A stretch of 64,000 nt of DNA from Limisphaerales bacterium (GTDB taxonomy: Bacteria; Verrucomicrobiota; Verrucomicrobiia; Limisphaerales; JBGAJN01). Made by a program: the position numbers and the translations under genes. The stretch is from the NCBI GenBank assembly GCA_044224905.1, contig JBGAJN010000001.1, positions 129,110-193,109 of the forward strand, written 5' to 3'. The number at the start of each line of letters is the position of its first letter. Positions within the stretch are counted from its first letter, which is position 1. Below, piece by piece: positions 27,427 to 37,637 of this stretch. The notes below the pieces were generated by a model. The model saw nothing but the letters and a program-made list of their open reading frames with translations. It was not told the DNA's origin and did no database searches.

Positions 27427-28305
27427 TCATTCCGGTGAATTGCCCTGACCGATCCACGCATCGCGGCGCTGCTTGGCCTTTTCAAAAAATTCTTCGATCA
27501 CGCGAACCTCGCCTTTTTCCAGCGCGAGTTGAAATTCCTGCAAGTCCTCAATGAACACGCCAAGCACGCGCGCGAGCTTTTGGCGGTTGGCGAGCGCGAT
27601 ATCGCGCCACATTTCAGGCGAGCCCGATGCAATTCGCGTCGTGTCCCGGAATCCATTCGCGCACAGAAGCGCCTGCTCCTTTGGATGCGCCGGACTGAGG
27701 ACGTAGTTCGCCAGTTCGGCGGCAACGACGTGGGGCAAGTGGCTGCAACGACTCACAAAATCATCGTGCAAATCAGCAGTAAGCCGAATCGTTCGCGCAC
27801 CGACGGACTGCCAGAGCTCTTCGACTTTCTTGAGGGCGCTGGCGTTGGAACGCGGTGTCGGAGTCAGAATGCAGATGGCCTTCTCAAACAAATCCGCGCG
27901 CGCAGCCTTCGGCCCGGTTTGCTCCGAGCCGGCCATGGGATGACTTCCGATAAAATGTGCGCCAGCTTCAGCAACGATCTGCTCCAACTCGCTCACCACA
28001 CTCCCCTTCACGCTGCCGACATCGGTGACGATTGCGCCGCGTTTTAAGTGAGGGAGAAGTTGAACGGTGATTTCGCGCATCTGCGCGAGCGGGGTGCAGA
28101 GAACGATCAAATCCGCGTCTTTGACGATCGGCGCAAGTTCGCGTGAGGCGGCGTGAACGACGCCAAGTTGCTCGCATTCCTTGATGCTAGCCGAGCGCCG
28201 GACGAAGCCTTCCACTCGCGACGCGAGTTTGCGCTGCTTGATCGCCAGCCCCAGTGAGCCGCCGAGCAAACCCACGCCAATGAGGCTGATTTTCGACCAA
28301 TGCAC
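27427..28305 (-). CDS. tyrA: Prephenate/arogenate dehydrogenase
   Basis: GVGLLGGS, TDVGSVK, HPMAGSE, SHLPH, GFRDTTRIA; GTG start at 28305. Confidence 0.93.
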   Translation of the reverse strand: MHWSKISLIGVGLLGGSLGLAIKQRKLASRVEGFVRRSASIKECEQLGVVHAASRELAPIVKDADLIVLCTPLAQMREITVQLLPHLKRGAIVTDVGSVKGSVVSELEQIVAEAGAHFIGSHPMAGSEQTGPKAARADLFEKAICILTPTPRSNASALKKVEELWQSVGARTIRLTADLHDDFVSRCSHLPHVVAAELANYVLSPAHPKEQALLCANGFRDTTRIASGSPEMWRDIALANRQKLARVLGVFIEDLQEFQLALEKGEVRVIEEFFEKAKQRRDAWIGQGNSPE

Positions 28306-28312
28306 CGCGAGA

Positions 28313-28340
28313 GTTTCGGGTTTCAAGTTTCAGGTTTCAA
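28313..28340. repeat. Solo heptamer tandem repeat (GTTTCRR x4)
   Basis: GTTTCGG GTTTCAA GTTTCAG GTTTCAA just upstream of the tyrA start. Confidence 0.7.
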
Positions 28341-28371
28341 GCGGCAAGTTATCGAAGCACGTGCTCGCGCT

Positions 28372-29217
28372 CTAAACCGTCGCCTCGCGGACGCGTTCCA
28401 AAATCACGTCGGGCAGATGGGACTCATTGCCGATGCTCGAGGAATACCAAACGCGTTTCCCATGGCGCTCGGTCGGATTCGGCCAGGTCGGCTGACCAGC
28501 CCGCAAACGCGCGCGCACGTCGGCTTCGGTTTCACCCAGCATCATCGGAATATCTTCGAAGCTGTGGAGTCCATCGCTGATAAAGAACGGTACCATGACG
28601 ACGTTGTCCGTGCGCGCGAGGCGATAGCAGTCCGCGATGCGAGGCTCTTCTTCCATGAACACCGCGTGAACGTCCGCAAAGATCTTTTGCGGCCGGATCA
28701 ATTCGACCTGACGTTCAATCGCCTTCCGGGAGTTCTCGTTGTTACCGGTGCCATGACCAGCGATGAACAACGTCGTGTCCACAGCCGACGGGGGATTTGT
28801 TCCTCCGGGAAATTTTTCCACAACTTCGCGCGCGCGGGCGAGAATGACGTTGGTCATGCTGGAATGGGTGCCCACCGGCCCGCAGTAGTGCAACGTTTGG
28901 CCGCCGCGCTTTTGAACTCGCGGAAAATTGGGCTCATCATTTCGACACATTCCAAGTTCACGCGGGATAACTTGCTCGGTAAAATAGCCCTCGCTGATAA
29001 ACAGCGGCACGATGAACACGCGCGGGGCGAATACGCCGCGCAAGACTCCGGCAATGTTCGGCTCCTGTTTCCAAAAGCCCTCAACCACCTGCGCGAAGAT
29101 GCCGCGACGTCGTAGCGCGTCCGCATGCTGGTAGGTCGGCGCGGCGGAATCGGCATTAAGCGTCGAGCCGTGGCCTATCAGCACCAAAGCGGCATCAGAG
29201 TATTCGTGTGCAAGCAC
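28372..29217 (-). CDS. CbiX/SirB-family chelatase-like protein (two CbiX domains)
   Basis: LIGHGS...VPLFISEGYF...GPVGTH and AGHGT...FMEEEP...VPFFISDGLH. Confidence 0.8.
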   Translation of the reverse strand: MLAHEYSDAALVLIGHGSTLNADSAAPTYQHADALRRRGIFAQVVEGFWKQEPNIAGVLRGVFAPRVFIVPLFISEGYFTEQVIPRELGMCRNDEPNFPRVQKRGGQTLHYCGPVGTHSSMTNVILARAREVVEKFPGGTNPPSAVDTTLFIAGHGTGNNENSRKAIERQVELIRPQKIFADVHAVFMEEEPRIADCYRLARTDNVVMVPFFISDGLHSFEDIPMMLGETEADVRARLRAGQPTWPNPTERHGKRVWYSSSIGNESHLPDVILERVREATV

Positions 29218-29654
29218 CCGGAGAGGGTTAGCGCATCGAACGCCCGGGCGCAAGCCGGCGGAAACCTTACTAAGCATCCTGTTTTTCCCACTGCGGTTCA
29301 AATACTTACAAACCAAAAGCAAAACACAGGGAAGAATTCCATACCGCTGTAACCACCCAGCAGATCGGTCCGTCTGTGCTCGTAACCCATGAAAACGGGA
29401 ATATCGAACAAAGTGCAGGCAAAAGCGTCACATTCAGGTGCGCAAACTGACAGCTGTTCGTCCATTGACACTGATGGGGTGCGTTTTTTGATTGTCTTTC
29501 CAACAACAACACGGCACAACCACACCCCGCAATCTGTGACTCTCGATAACACGAACAACTCAAGGCTGGTTGTCCCCTGTATCCCTTGAATTTTTAGAAT
29601 TTGCGTCCACGTCGGACGCAACAAACAAAACACATACAACAAACCAACAAATCC

Positions 29655-29882
29655 ATGAAGAAGTTATTCCTCGCTATGATCGTCGCGGTTTGCGCGCTGT
29701 CGATGACGGCCACCGCTGCTGAAAAGAAAAAGGGCGGCCTGTCCCCCGAACAAAAAGAGTTCGCTGAAAAGAAGGGCCTCTTGAAGGACGGCAAGCTCGA
29801 TAAGGAAGCTGTCGCCAAGCTCAGCCCTGAAGACAAGGCTGCTTTCGACAAGCTGTTCCCGCACGGCAAGAAGAAGAAATAG
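29655..29882 (+). CDS. Small secreted Lys-rich protein (75 aa)
   Basis: Signal peptide MKKLFLAMIVAVCALSMTATA; strong codon bias; own terminator. Confidence 0.8.
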   Translation: MKKLFLAMIVAVCALSMTATAAEKKKGGLSPEQKEFAEKKGLLKDGKLDKEAVAKLSPEDKAAFDKLFPHGKKKK

Positions 29883-29912
29883 TCGAGCGTCGGATTAATT
29901 CCGAACACTCTC

Positions 29913-29946
29913 AACGCTCCACCACCGCAAGGTGGTGGAGCGTTTT
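29913..29946 (+). terminator. Intrinsic terminator
   Basis: AACGCTCCACCACC-GCAA-GGTGGTGGAGCGTT-TT. Confidence 0.85.
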
Positions 29947-30112
29947 GCCTTCTCGCTGCACACGCAACACTCTCTGAAGCGTTTCATCTCGAGGTCGCCT
30001 TCAGCCCGTAGTCAGGAAAAGCCCCTGCCTCAGGAACGCCCGCTCGATAAAAGAATTTGATTCAAATAACCCTTTGAGCTTTGGCGTCCGTTTTGATCTA
30101 ACAATCCACACC

Positions 30113-33100
30113 ATGATTCGCGTTATCTACCTTCTCACCGTTGTCACCCTGCTGCGCATCTCCACCGCCGACGCCGCGACACCCGAGTGGCTCTGGTTCC
30201 AGAAAACCTCCGGCACCGACATTCGTTACTTCCGCAAGACGTTCACGGTTGAAGGCCGTGTCTCCGCGGCAGAGCTCGTCGCCACAGCCGATGACAAATT
30301 GGAAGTCTTCCTCAACGGTGAGCGCGTGTTGCAGAACAGCGCGTGGCAAAGTCCCGCCAAAGCCGATCTCGCGACGAAACTTGTCGGCGGTCTGAACGTG
30401 CTCGCCGTTCGCGCGGAGAATCGTGGCAGCAGCGCGGCTGGAGCGCTGGCTCAACTGGAGATCACCTCGAACAAAGGCAAGACTACCATTGTCACGGACA
30501 CCTCGTGGAAAGCCTCCGCCAAGGAAGAAGCCGGTTGGAACAAAACCGCTTTTGCTGATTCTGCGTGGGCAGTGCCACAGTCGCTCGGAAAGCTCGGGAC
30601 CTCGCCGTGGGGCAATGTGCTTGCCGCGAACAAAGAATCTGGCTCTTCGAAGTCCGCCAAGGGTTCAAAGTCTGGCAAGCCTTCCCTCGCTGCCGCGAAG
30701 CGCGAAGCCACACCCGCCGAAGCGCTCTACACCTTGCCCGGTTTCAAGGTTGAGCTGATTCATTCGTCCGAAGGTGAAGAAGGTTCGTGGGTCGCGATGG
30801 TAAAGGACAACAAAGGTCGCCTCATCCTCAGCCCGCAACATGGCAAAGGCGGCGAGAGTGCTGGCGGTTTGCTGCGCCTCACGATCGGCGCGGACGGAAA
30901 AGTCGCGAAGCGCGAATTCATTGCGAAGCCGCTCTACGATGCTCAGGGGCTGGCTTTCGCGAATAACACGATTTACGCCGTCGTGAACAAATACTCCACG
31001 AGCTTCAAAAGCGGCCTCTACCGCATTCGCGACACGAGCGGCAATGACAAGTTCGAGGACATTCAGTTGCTGAAAGAAATTCCCGGTGGCGGCGAACACG
31101 GGCCACACGCGGTCGTCGTTGGTCCGGACGGAATGCTCTACGTCATGGCCGGCAATCACACCAAGCTCATCGAAGGCATCGACCCGAACTCGCCGCATAA
31201 GAATTATCAAGAGGATCACGTGCTTCCGCGTCAGTGGGACGCCAACGGTCACGCTGCTGGAATTCTCGCGCCGGGTGGCCACATTTACCGCGTCGATCCC
31301 GAAGGCAAGAAGTGGGAGCTGTATGTCGCGGGTTTCCGCAACCAATACGACTTTTCGTTCAACGCCGACGGCGAAATCTTTGTTTACGATTCCGACATGG
31401 AATGGGAATGGGGCACGCACTGGTATCGTCCTACGCGTGTGTATCATTGTCCGAGTGCCGCGGACGTTGGTTGGCGTTCTGGCTCGGCCAAGTGGCCCAG
31501 CTATTATCCAGACGCCACGCCGCCGATTCTTGATGTGGGTGTAGGCTGCCCCACGGGCACCGCGTTTGGTTACGGCGCAAAGTTCCCCGCGAAATACCAA
31601 CGGGCCTATTACATTCTCGATTGGACCTACGGACGCGTCATCGCGGTTCATCTCACGCCCAACGGCGCGACCTACAGTGCCACGATGGAAAACTTCGTCT
31701 GCCCGCTCGGGCTCGCGAAGCCGGGTGAAGAAAAGAAACCACTGAACGTCACCGACCTCGAAATCGGCAACGACGGCGCGATGTATTTCACGGTCGGCGG
31801 CCGCGGAGTTCAGTCCGGTTTGTATCGCGTGACCTACAACGGTGCGGAAAACACTTCGCCCGCTACCCTCACTGACACGGCCGGTGCCGACGCGCGGAAG
31901 CTTCGCCATCAGCTTGAAGCCTTCCACGGCAAACAGGACCCGAAAGCCGTCGACTTCGCCTGGCCTCATTTGAACAGCGAGGACCGCGCGATCCGTTACG
32001 CCGCACGCATCGCCATCGAGAGCCAACCGCTCGCGCAATGGGAATTTCGTGCGCTGGCCGAAAAGGAAGTCAACGCCGGGCTCACCGCGTTGCTCGCCCT
32101 CGCACGAGTTGGCGGCAAGGATGTTCAGGACGAATGCTTGAAAGCGCTCGCTAAGTGGCCTCTTGCGACTTTGAGCGAGGACAAACAATTGGACAAACTC
32201 CGCGTCATCGAAGTCAGCTTCGCCCGCAACGGCAAGCCTTCGCCGGAAGTTGCGCAGATGGGCATCGAGAAGCTCAGCGCGTTCTATCCCGCGAAAAGTT
32301 ACAACTTGAACCGTGAGCTGGTGCAGCTGCTCGTGTTCCTCGAAGCGCCGGGCGTTGTTGAAAAAACGCTCACTTTGCTGGACGCGGCACCGACGCAGGA
32401 GCAGCAGTTCGCCTATCTGTTCCATCTCCGCACGCTCGCAACCGGCTGGACCGCGGCGCAGCGCCAACACTACTTCACGGCGTTGAACAGTTACCCGAAC
32501 CCTTCGGCCAAGCACGAGGTGTTGACCGTGAAGTGGTTTACCGATGCGGGCCGCGACTACTCCGACGGCAACAGCTTCCGCAAGCAACTCGACAAAGTTC
32601 GCGACGACGCGATTGCGACACTGACTGACAGCGAAAAGACTCAACTCGCCAGCTTGATCTCCGTGCGCGCATCGGACGCTCCCGCCAAGAGCAAAACCGC
32701 ATTGCCGCAGCCCAAGACACGCGCCTTCGTGAAGGAGTGGAAGATGGCCGACTTCGCCGCCGACTTCGACAAGACCAAGAAGGGCCGCAACTACAACGCC
32801 GGTCGTCAGGCCTTCGTCGATGCGCAATGCGTCGCGTGTCACAAGATCGGCAACGACGGCGGCGGCGTAGGCCCCGAGCTCACCGCGATCGCCGCGCGTT
32901 TCAGCTCGCGCGATATTTTGGAATCGATCCTCGAACCATCGAAGGTCGTCTCCGAGCAGTTCAAGAACACCACCGTCGTGCTCAACAACGGTGACGACGT
33001 CACCGGCCGGCTCGTAGACGAAACGGCCGACAAGATCGTGCTGCAACCGAATCAACTCCTCCCGCAAAAGGTCGAGGCGAAGAAATCTGACATCAAGACG

Positions 33101-33253
33101 CGCAAGCTCTCCGATCTCTCGCCAATGCCCGAAGGTCTCGTCAGCGTCCTCTCCAAGGACGATCTGCTGGATCTCGTCGCATTCCTTGAAGCGGGCGGCC
33201 GCCGTGACGGGCGCGCCTTCGCGGATGGAGACAAGAAAGCGGCTAAGCGCTGA
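30113..33253 (+). CDS. PVC-type beta-propeller dehydrogenase-like / HEAT / cytochrome c protein with an N-terminal carbohydrate-binding-like domain
   Basis: Signal peptide; YFRKTF...ADD...FLNG domain; GEHGPH, GFRNQYD, DSDMEW, WYRPTR; CVACH heme site, GPELT, SPMPEGL. Confidence 0.85.
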   Translation: MIRVIYLLTVVTLLRISTADAATPEWLWFQKTSGTDIRYFRKTFTVEGRVSAAELVATADDKLEVFLNGERVLQNSAWQSPAKADLATKLVGGLNVLAVRAENRGSSAAGALAQLEITSNKGKTTIVTDTSWKASAKEEAGWNKTAFADSAWAVPQSLGKLGTSPWGNVLAANKESGSSKSAKGSKSGKPSLAAAKREATPAEALYTLPGFKVELIHSSEGEEGSWVAMVKDNKGRLILSPQHGKGGESAGGLLRLTIGADGKVAKREFIAKPLYDAQGLAFANNTIYAVVNKYSTSFKSGLYRIRDTSGNDKFEDIQLLKEIPGGGEHGPHAVVVGPDGMLYVMAGNHTKLIEGIDPNSPHKNYQEDHVLPRQWDANGHAAGILAPGGHIYRVDPEGKKWELYVAGFRNQYDFSFNADGEIFVYDSDMEWEWGTHWYRPTRVYHCPSAADVGWRSGSAKWPSYYPDATPPILDVGVGCPTGTAFGYGAKFPAKYQRAYYILDWTYGRVIAVHLTPNGATYSATMENFVCPLGLAKPGEEKKPLNVTDLEIGNDGAMYFTVGGRGVQSGLYRVTYNGAENTSPATLTDTAGADARKLRHQLEAFHGKQDPKAVDFAWPHLNSEDRAIRYAARIAIESQPLAQWEFRALAEKEVNAGLTALLALARVGGKDVQDECLKALAKWPLATLSEDKQLDKLRVIEVSFARNGKPSPEVAQMGIEKLSAFYPAKSYNLNRELVQLLVFLEAPGVVEKTLTLLDAAPTQEQQFAYLFHLRTLATGWTAAQRQHYFTALNSYPNPSAKHEVLTVKWFTDAGRDYSDGNSFRKQLDKVRDDAIATLTDSEKTQLASLISVRASDAPAKSKTALPQPKTRAFVKEWKMADFAADFDKTKKGRNYNAGRQAFVDAQCVACHKIGNDGGGVGPELTAIAARFSSRDILESILEPSKVVSEQFKNTTVVLNNGDDVTGRLVDETADKIVLQPNQLLPQKVEAKKSDIKTRKLSDLSPMPEGLVSVLSKDDLLDLVAFLEAGGRRDGRAFADGDKKAAKR

Positions 33254-33298
33254 TCGAACGGCGACACTGGTGTCGCTTTCCTCATTTTCAACGAACAC

Positions 33299-33327
33299 AG
33301 GCGGCGACGTTTAGTCGCCGCCTTTTT
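33299..33327 (+). terminator. Intrinsic terminator
   Basis: AGGCGGCGAC-GTTTA-GTCGCCGCCT-TTTT. Confidence 0.8.
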
Positions 33328-33376
33328 GCTCACGCCTTGCCGCGACGCGCTGGAGTTGGTTTGATGCCGCGAAGTC

Positions 33377-35893
33377 ATGCGCCCGCTGTTGAAATTCCTC
33401 GCCCTGATCGTTGCGACATTTTGCGCTGCTAAGTTGTTCGCGCAGTCTCCAAAAAACTCCGCGACTCCGCCGCGCGATATTCAGGCACCGCCCGGATTCA
33501 AAGTAGAACTCCTCCATTCCGCTTTGCCCGACGAAGGTTCGTGGGTCTGCATGACCGTGGATGACAAGGGGCGCTTCATCATCGCGCCGCAGAATTTGAA
33601 CTTGCCCGAAGAAGGTTCGCTCTGGCGCGTCACGCTCGGCACGAATGGCCTCGTGCAAAAGTTCGAGCGCGTGCCGCTGCCGATCTACGAAGCGCAAGGC
33701 TTGCTCTACACCAACGGCGCGCTCTACGTCGTGGTGAATAAATACAAGGGCCAGTTCGACAGTGGCCTCTACCGGCTCACGGACACCGACGGCGACGACC
33801 AACTCGACAAGATCGAGCTGTTGAAAAAGATCGATGGCTCCGGCGAACACGGCCCGCACGCCGTCGTGGCAGGACCGGACAAGCAGCTCTACATCGTGTG
33901 CGGCAACGACACGCGTTTGCCCAAAGGCATCGCCGCCGATTCACCGCACAAGAATTTCGCCGACGATCAATTGCTCCCGCAACAAACCTGGCCCGCGAAC
34001 TACACATGGGCGAACAGCTGGCCACCCGGCAGCTTCGTCGTGCGCACGGATCTCGATGGCAAAAACTGGACGTTGCTCTGCGCCGGTTTGCGCAACGCTT
34101 ACGATGTCGCCTTCAATCGCGAGGGCGAAATGTTCACGTTTGACAGCGACATGGATTGGGATGAAGGCGCGCCGTGGTATCGCCCGACGCGCATTAGTCA
34201 TTTGGTCTCGGGCGGCGAATACGGCTGGCGGCGTGGCACCGGCAAGTGGCCCGACTATTATCCCGACAGCCTCCACAGCACGCTCGACATCGGACGCAGC
34301 TCGCCCACCGGTGTGAAGTTCGGCACGGGCGCGACGAACTTTCCGCCGCGTTTCCGTCGGCAAATGTTCATGTGCGATTGGGCTTTCGGCACGATCTACG
34401 CCGCGACGTTCACGCCGAGCGGGGCCAGTTACAAAGCGATCGCCGAACCATTTCTCACGGGTCGTCCGCTCAACGTCACCGATCTCGAATTCGGCGCGGA
34501 TGGCGGGATGTATTTCATCACCGGCGGGCGCGGCACGGCCTCGGGACTTTATCGCGTGACATACCAACAACCGATGACACGCGACCCGATCGATTGGAGC
34601 CTCGAGTTTCAACAAGGCGTGAAGGCGCGCAAACTTCGCCACGAACTCGAAACCTCCCACGGAAAGCACGATGCAAAAGCCGTCGACGTCGCGTGGCCAC
34701 ATCTCGATAGCGATGATCGCTCCCTGCGTTACGCCGCGCGCATCGCAATCGAGTGGCAGGACGTTTCGCTCTGGCAACGCCGTGCTCTCGACGAAACGCA
34801 CCCCACGGCTTCGATCCACGCGCTACTCGCGCTCGCCCGTTGTGGTGGCAAAGAAACTCAAGAGGGGCTCCTTCAGGCGCTCGGTCGATTGAAAGGAGCC
34901 GAACTAGACGAGGAGCAAACGCTCGATGCTCTGCGCGTGCTGAGCCTTTCATTCATCCGCCAAGGCAAGCCCAATGCCGATGGCTGCACCCGCATCGCGG
35001 CGTATTTGGATTCGCTGTATCCGACGAAGAGTGTTCGCGTGAATCGTGAGCTGTGCCAGTTGCTCGTCTACCTTGAAGCGCCGGGTGTCGTGGCGAAAAG
35101 CCTCGCGCTGCTCGCGGAGGCGCCCACGCAGGAGGAGCAGTTGCAATACGCGTTCCCGTTGCGGCTCATGCGCACGGGCTGGACGCCGGAGTTGCGCGAA
35201 AAATATTTCCGCTGGTTCCCGCAAACCGCGGCGAACTACAAGGGCAGCAGCAAGGTGCTCATCTTCCTCGCCGACACGCGACGCGATGCGATCACGACGT
35301 TGAGCGATGCGGAGAAGGCATCCCTGAAAACTATACTCGACGAAAAGCTGACGCCGGCGGCGCCGAGCGTGACGTTGAAGGCGCGACCGTTCGTGAAGGA
35401 ATGGAAGATGGACGATCTGCTCCCGTCATTGGACGAGGTCGGACGCGATCGATCCTTCGAACGCGGGCGAGAAATGTTCACCGCGGCGCAGTGCATCCTC
35501 TGCCATCGGTTCAGCAATCAGGGCGGCGCGATCGGCCCCGATCTCAGCTCCGTCGGGAGCCGCTTCAATCGCTACGACATTCTCGAAACCATGCTGCTGC
35601 CGTCGAAGGTCGTCTCAGATCAATTCCAGAACATGGTGTTCGTGAAGCAGGACGGCGACGACGTGACCGGCCGCGTGGTCGAGGAAAACGACGAGCGCGT
35701 CGTGATCCTCACGAACCCGCTTGCCGATACCCGCGTCACCGTGTCGAAGAGCGAGATCAAAGAGAAGCGCGTCTCGACGTTGTCACCGATGCCGGAAGGA
35801 TTGCTTAACGCTCTGACGCGTGACGAGATTCTCGATCTCATTGCGTATCTGGAGTCCGGTGGAAACGCGAATTACGCAGCGTTCAAGAAATAG
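33377..35893 (+). CDS. PVC-type heme-binding CxxCH protein, paralog of the upstream gene
   Basis: GEHGPH, GLRNAYD, DSDMDW, WYRPTR, CILCH, GPDLS, SPMPEGL. Confidence 0.85.
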   Translation: MRPLLKFLALIVATFCAAKLFAQSPKNSATPPRDIQAPPGFKVELLHSALPDEGSWVCMTVDDKGRFIIAPQNLNLPEEGSLWRVTLGTNGLVQKFERVPLPIYEAQGLLYTNGALYVVVNKYKGQFDSGLYRLTDTDGDDQLDKIELLKKIDGSGEHGPHAVVAGPDKQLYIVCGNDTRLPKGIAADSPHKNFADDQLLPQQTWPANYTWANSWPPGSFVVRTDLDGKNWTLLCAGLRNAYDVAFNREGEMFTFDSDMDWDEGAPWYRPTRISHLVSGGEYGWRRGTGKWPDYYPDSLHSTLDIGRSSPTGVKFGTGATNFPPRFRRQMFMCDWAFGTIYAATFTPSGASYKAIAEPFLTGRPLNVTDLEFGADGGMYFITGGRGTASGLYRVTYQQPMTRDPIDWSLEFQQGVKARKLRHELETSHGKHDAKAVDVAWPHLDSDDRSLRYAARIAIEWQDVSLWQRRALDETHPTASIHALLALARCGGKETQEGLLQALGRLKGAELDEEQTLDALRVLSLSFIRQGKPNADGCTRIAAYLDSLYPTKSVRVNRELCQLLVYLEAPGVVAKSLALLAEAPTQEEQLQYAFPLRLMRTGWTPELREKYFRWFPQTAANYKGSSKVLIFLADTRRDAITTLSDAEKASLKTILDEKLTPAAPSVTLKARPFVKEWKMDDLLPSLDEVGRDRSFERGREMFTAAQCILCHRFSNQGGAIGPDLSSVGSRFNRYDILETMLLPSKVVSDQFQNMVFVKQDGDDVTGRVVEENDERVVILTNPLADTRVTVSKSEIKEKRVSTLSPMPEGLLNALTRDEILDLIAYLESGGNANYAAFKK

Positions 35894-35952
35894 GAACGCA
35901 GGCTTTCCACTCGAATCGCACTCGCCTACGCTGCGGACAATTCACCAATCGC

Positions 35953-37494
35953 ATGAAGCGCATCACCCTCCTTTTCCTCGCCTTTGTCGCGTCGCTGGCT
36001 CACGCCGCGGACGCCAAGCGCCCGAACATTCTCTTCATCTACACCGACGATCATTCGTATCGCACGATCTCTTGCTACGAAGGCGCGGAACCGTGGGCGA
36101 AGACGCCGAACATGGACCGGCTCGCGTCTCGCGGCGTCCGTTTCACCCACGCTTACATCGGCACGTGGTGCATGCCTTCGCGCGCAACGATGCTCACGGG
36201 CTTGCATCAGTTCGGCGTGCAGACGATGCGCATGGAAGGGAAATATCCCGGCTGCGAATACGATCCGGCGAAGTGCAAATTTTGGCCCGCCGAGTTTCGC
36301 AAGCAGGGCTATCAGACCGCGCAAATTGGCAAGTGGCACACGGGAACCGACACGGGCTTCGGCCGCGACTGGGATTATCAAATCGTGTGGAACCGTCCGA
36401 AGTTCACCGAGAACGCGGGTAATTATTACTACAACCAGTTGCTTTGTTTCAACGGCGGTGAACCACAGCTCACGAAGGGTTACTCAACAGACAACTATAC
36501 CAAGTGGGCTGTTGACTACATCAAAGGTGAAAATCGTGATGCAGCGAAACCTTGGTATCTCTGGCTCTGCTATGGCGGTGTGCATTCGCCCTACACGCCT
36601 GCTGACCGGCATATGAATGACTACGCTGGTGCGAAGGTTCCCACGCCCGCGGACATCTACCCACCGCGCCCCGGAAAGCCTGATTACATGCAGAAGATCA
36701 ACACGTGGGCGCCGGGCCCGAACGGCGAACCGGTCCTGCGCAAGAGCGCCAAAGGCCAGGAAGTCGGCGATGACGAAAAGGCCGGGCAAGGTCGCACGCT
36801 CAGCGATTGGGTCCGTCAATACAATCAAGCCGTGCGTTCGCTCGACGAAGGCATTGGCAAAGTGATCGCCGCACTCGAGGAATCGGGCCAGTTGAAAAAA
36901 ACGCTCGTCATCTTCACCTCGGATCAAGGTTTCGCGTGGGGCCAGCACGGGTTCCGTCACAAGCTCGCGCCGTACGATGCGAACATTCGTTCGCCGCTTG
37001 TCATCTCAATGCCGGGCACAATTCCCGAGGGGAAGGTCTGTCGCGCGCCTGTCGGTGGCGTGGACTTGGTGCCGACGATTCACAGTTTTGCCGGTCTTAA
37101 GCAGCCGTGGGCAATGCACGGGCACGATCTCTCGCCGTTACTGAAGAATCCGGACAGCAAATGGCCGCACGCGACGATGCTGCCCTTCACGGGCGATTTC
37201 TTTGGCGCGGACACCGATCACGTGCCAACGGACAAGCATCTCTATCATAACGGCGTCGCGTGGTATGTGCTACTGACCGAGGGCCGCTTCAAATACGTGC
37301 GCACGCTCGTGGCGAACGAAATCGAAGAACTCTACGATCTCCAGGCTGATCCTGAAGAACTCACCAACCTCGCGCTTAAGCCCGAACACGCGGCGACGTT
37401 GAAGAAATTCCATGACGCGACGGTGGCGGAACTGAAGCGCACCCACGCCGGAATGGTGGACCATCTTCCGCCGGTGCGGACGGCTTCACGCTAA
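35953..37494 (+). CDS. Secreted formylglycine-dependent sulfatase
   Basis: RPNILFIYTDD, CMPSRATMLTG (CxPxR), GKWH, FTSDQG, ELYDL..DP.E..NL. Confidence 0.93.
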   Translation: MKRITLLFLAFVASLAHAADAKRPNILFIYTDDHSYRTISCYEGAEPWAKTPNMDRLASRGVRFTHAYIGTWCMPSRATMLTGLHQFGVQTMRMEGKYPGCEYDPAKCKFWPAEFRKQGYQTAQIGKWHTGTDTGFGRDWDYQIVWNRPKFTENAGNYYYNQLLCFNGGEPQLTKGYSTDNYTKWAVDYIKGENRDAAKPWYLWLCYGGVHSPYTPADRHMNDYAGAKVPTPADIYPPRPGKPDYMQKINTWAPGPNGEPVLRKSAKGQEVGDDEKAGQGRTLSDWVRQYNQAVRSLDEGIGKVIAALEESGQLKKTLVIFTSDQGFAWGQHGFRHKLAPYDANIRSPLVISMPGTIPEGKVCRAPVGGVDLVPTIHSFAGLKQPWAMHGHDLSPLLKNPDSKWPHATMLPFTGDFFGADTDHVPTDKHLYHNGVAWYVLLTEGRFKYVRTLVANEIEELYDLQADPEELTNLALKPEHAATLKKFHDATVAELKRTHAGMVDHLPPVRTASR

Positions 37495-37637
37495 GAAAGT
37501 CCCTGTTGGCTTCGCCGCAAAAGCGGCGCGCGGGAAGTGAGGAATCGTTGTCCGATTCGGAATTGCGTGGCAATTTTCGGCGCCCGTGTGACAACTCACG
37601 GCTTGCTGCACGTCGGGTTAGCGCGCCAAATCACTGC

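Noticed and set aside
30012-30045. TCAGGAA direct repeat as another site for the NarL regulator
   Set aside because: Half-site spacing differs from the 4231-4246 palindrome; too weak
30665-33298. Long antisense ORFs (877 aa here; also 10909-13035, 37596-39188, 18270-19670, 58770-60320, 21632-22828 and others)
   Set aside because: Shadow frames of well-supported genes in GC-rich DNA with strong codon bias; no recognisable motifs
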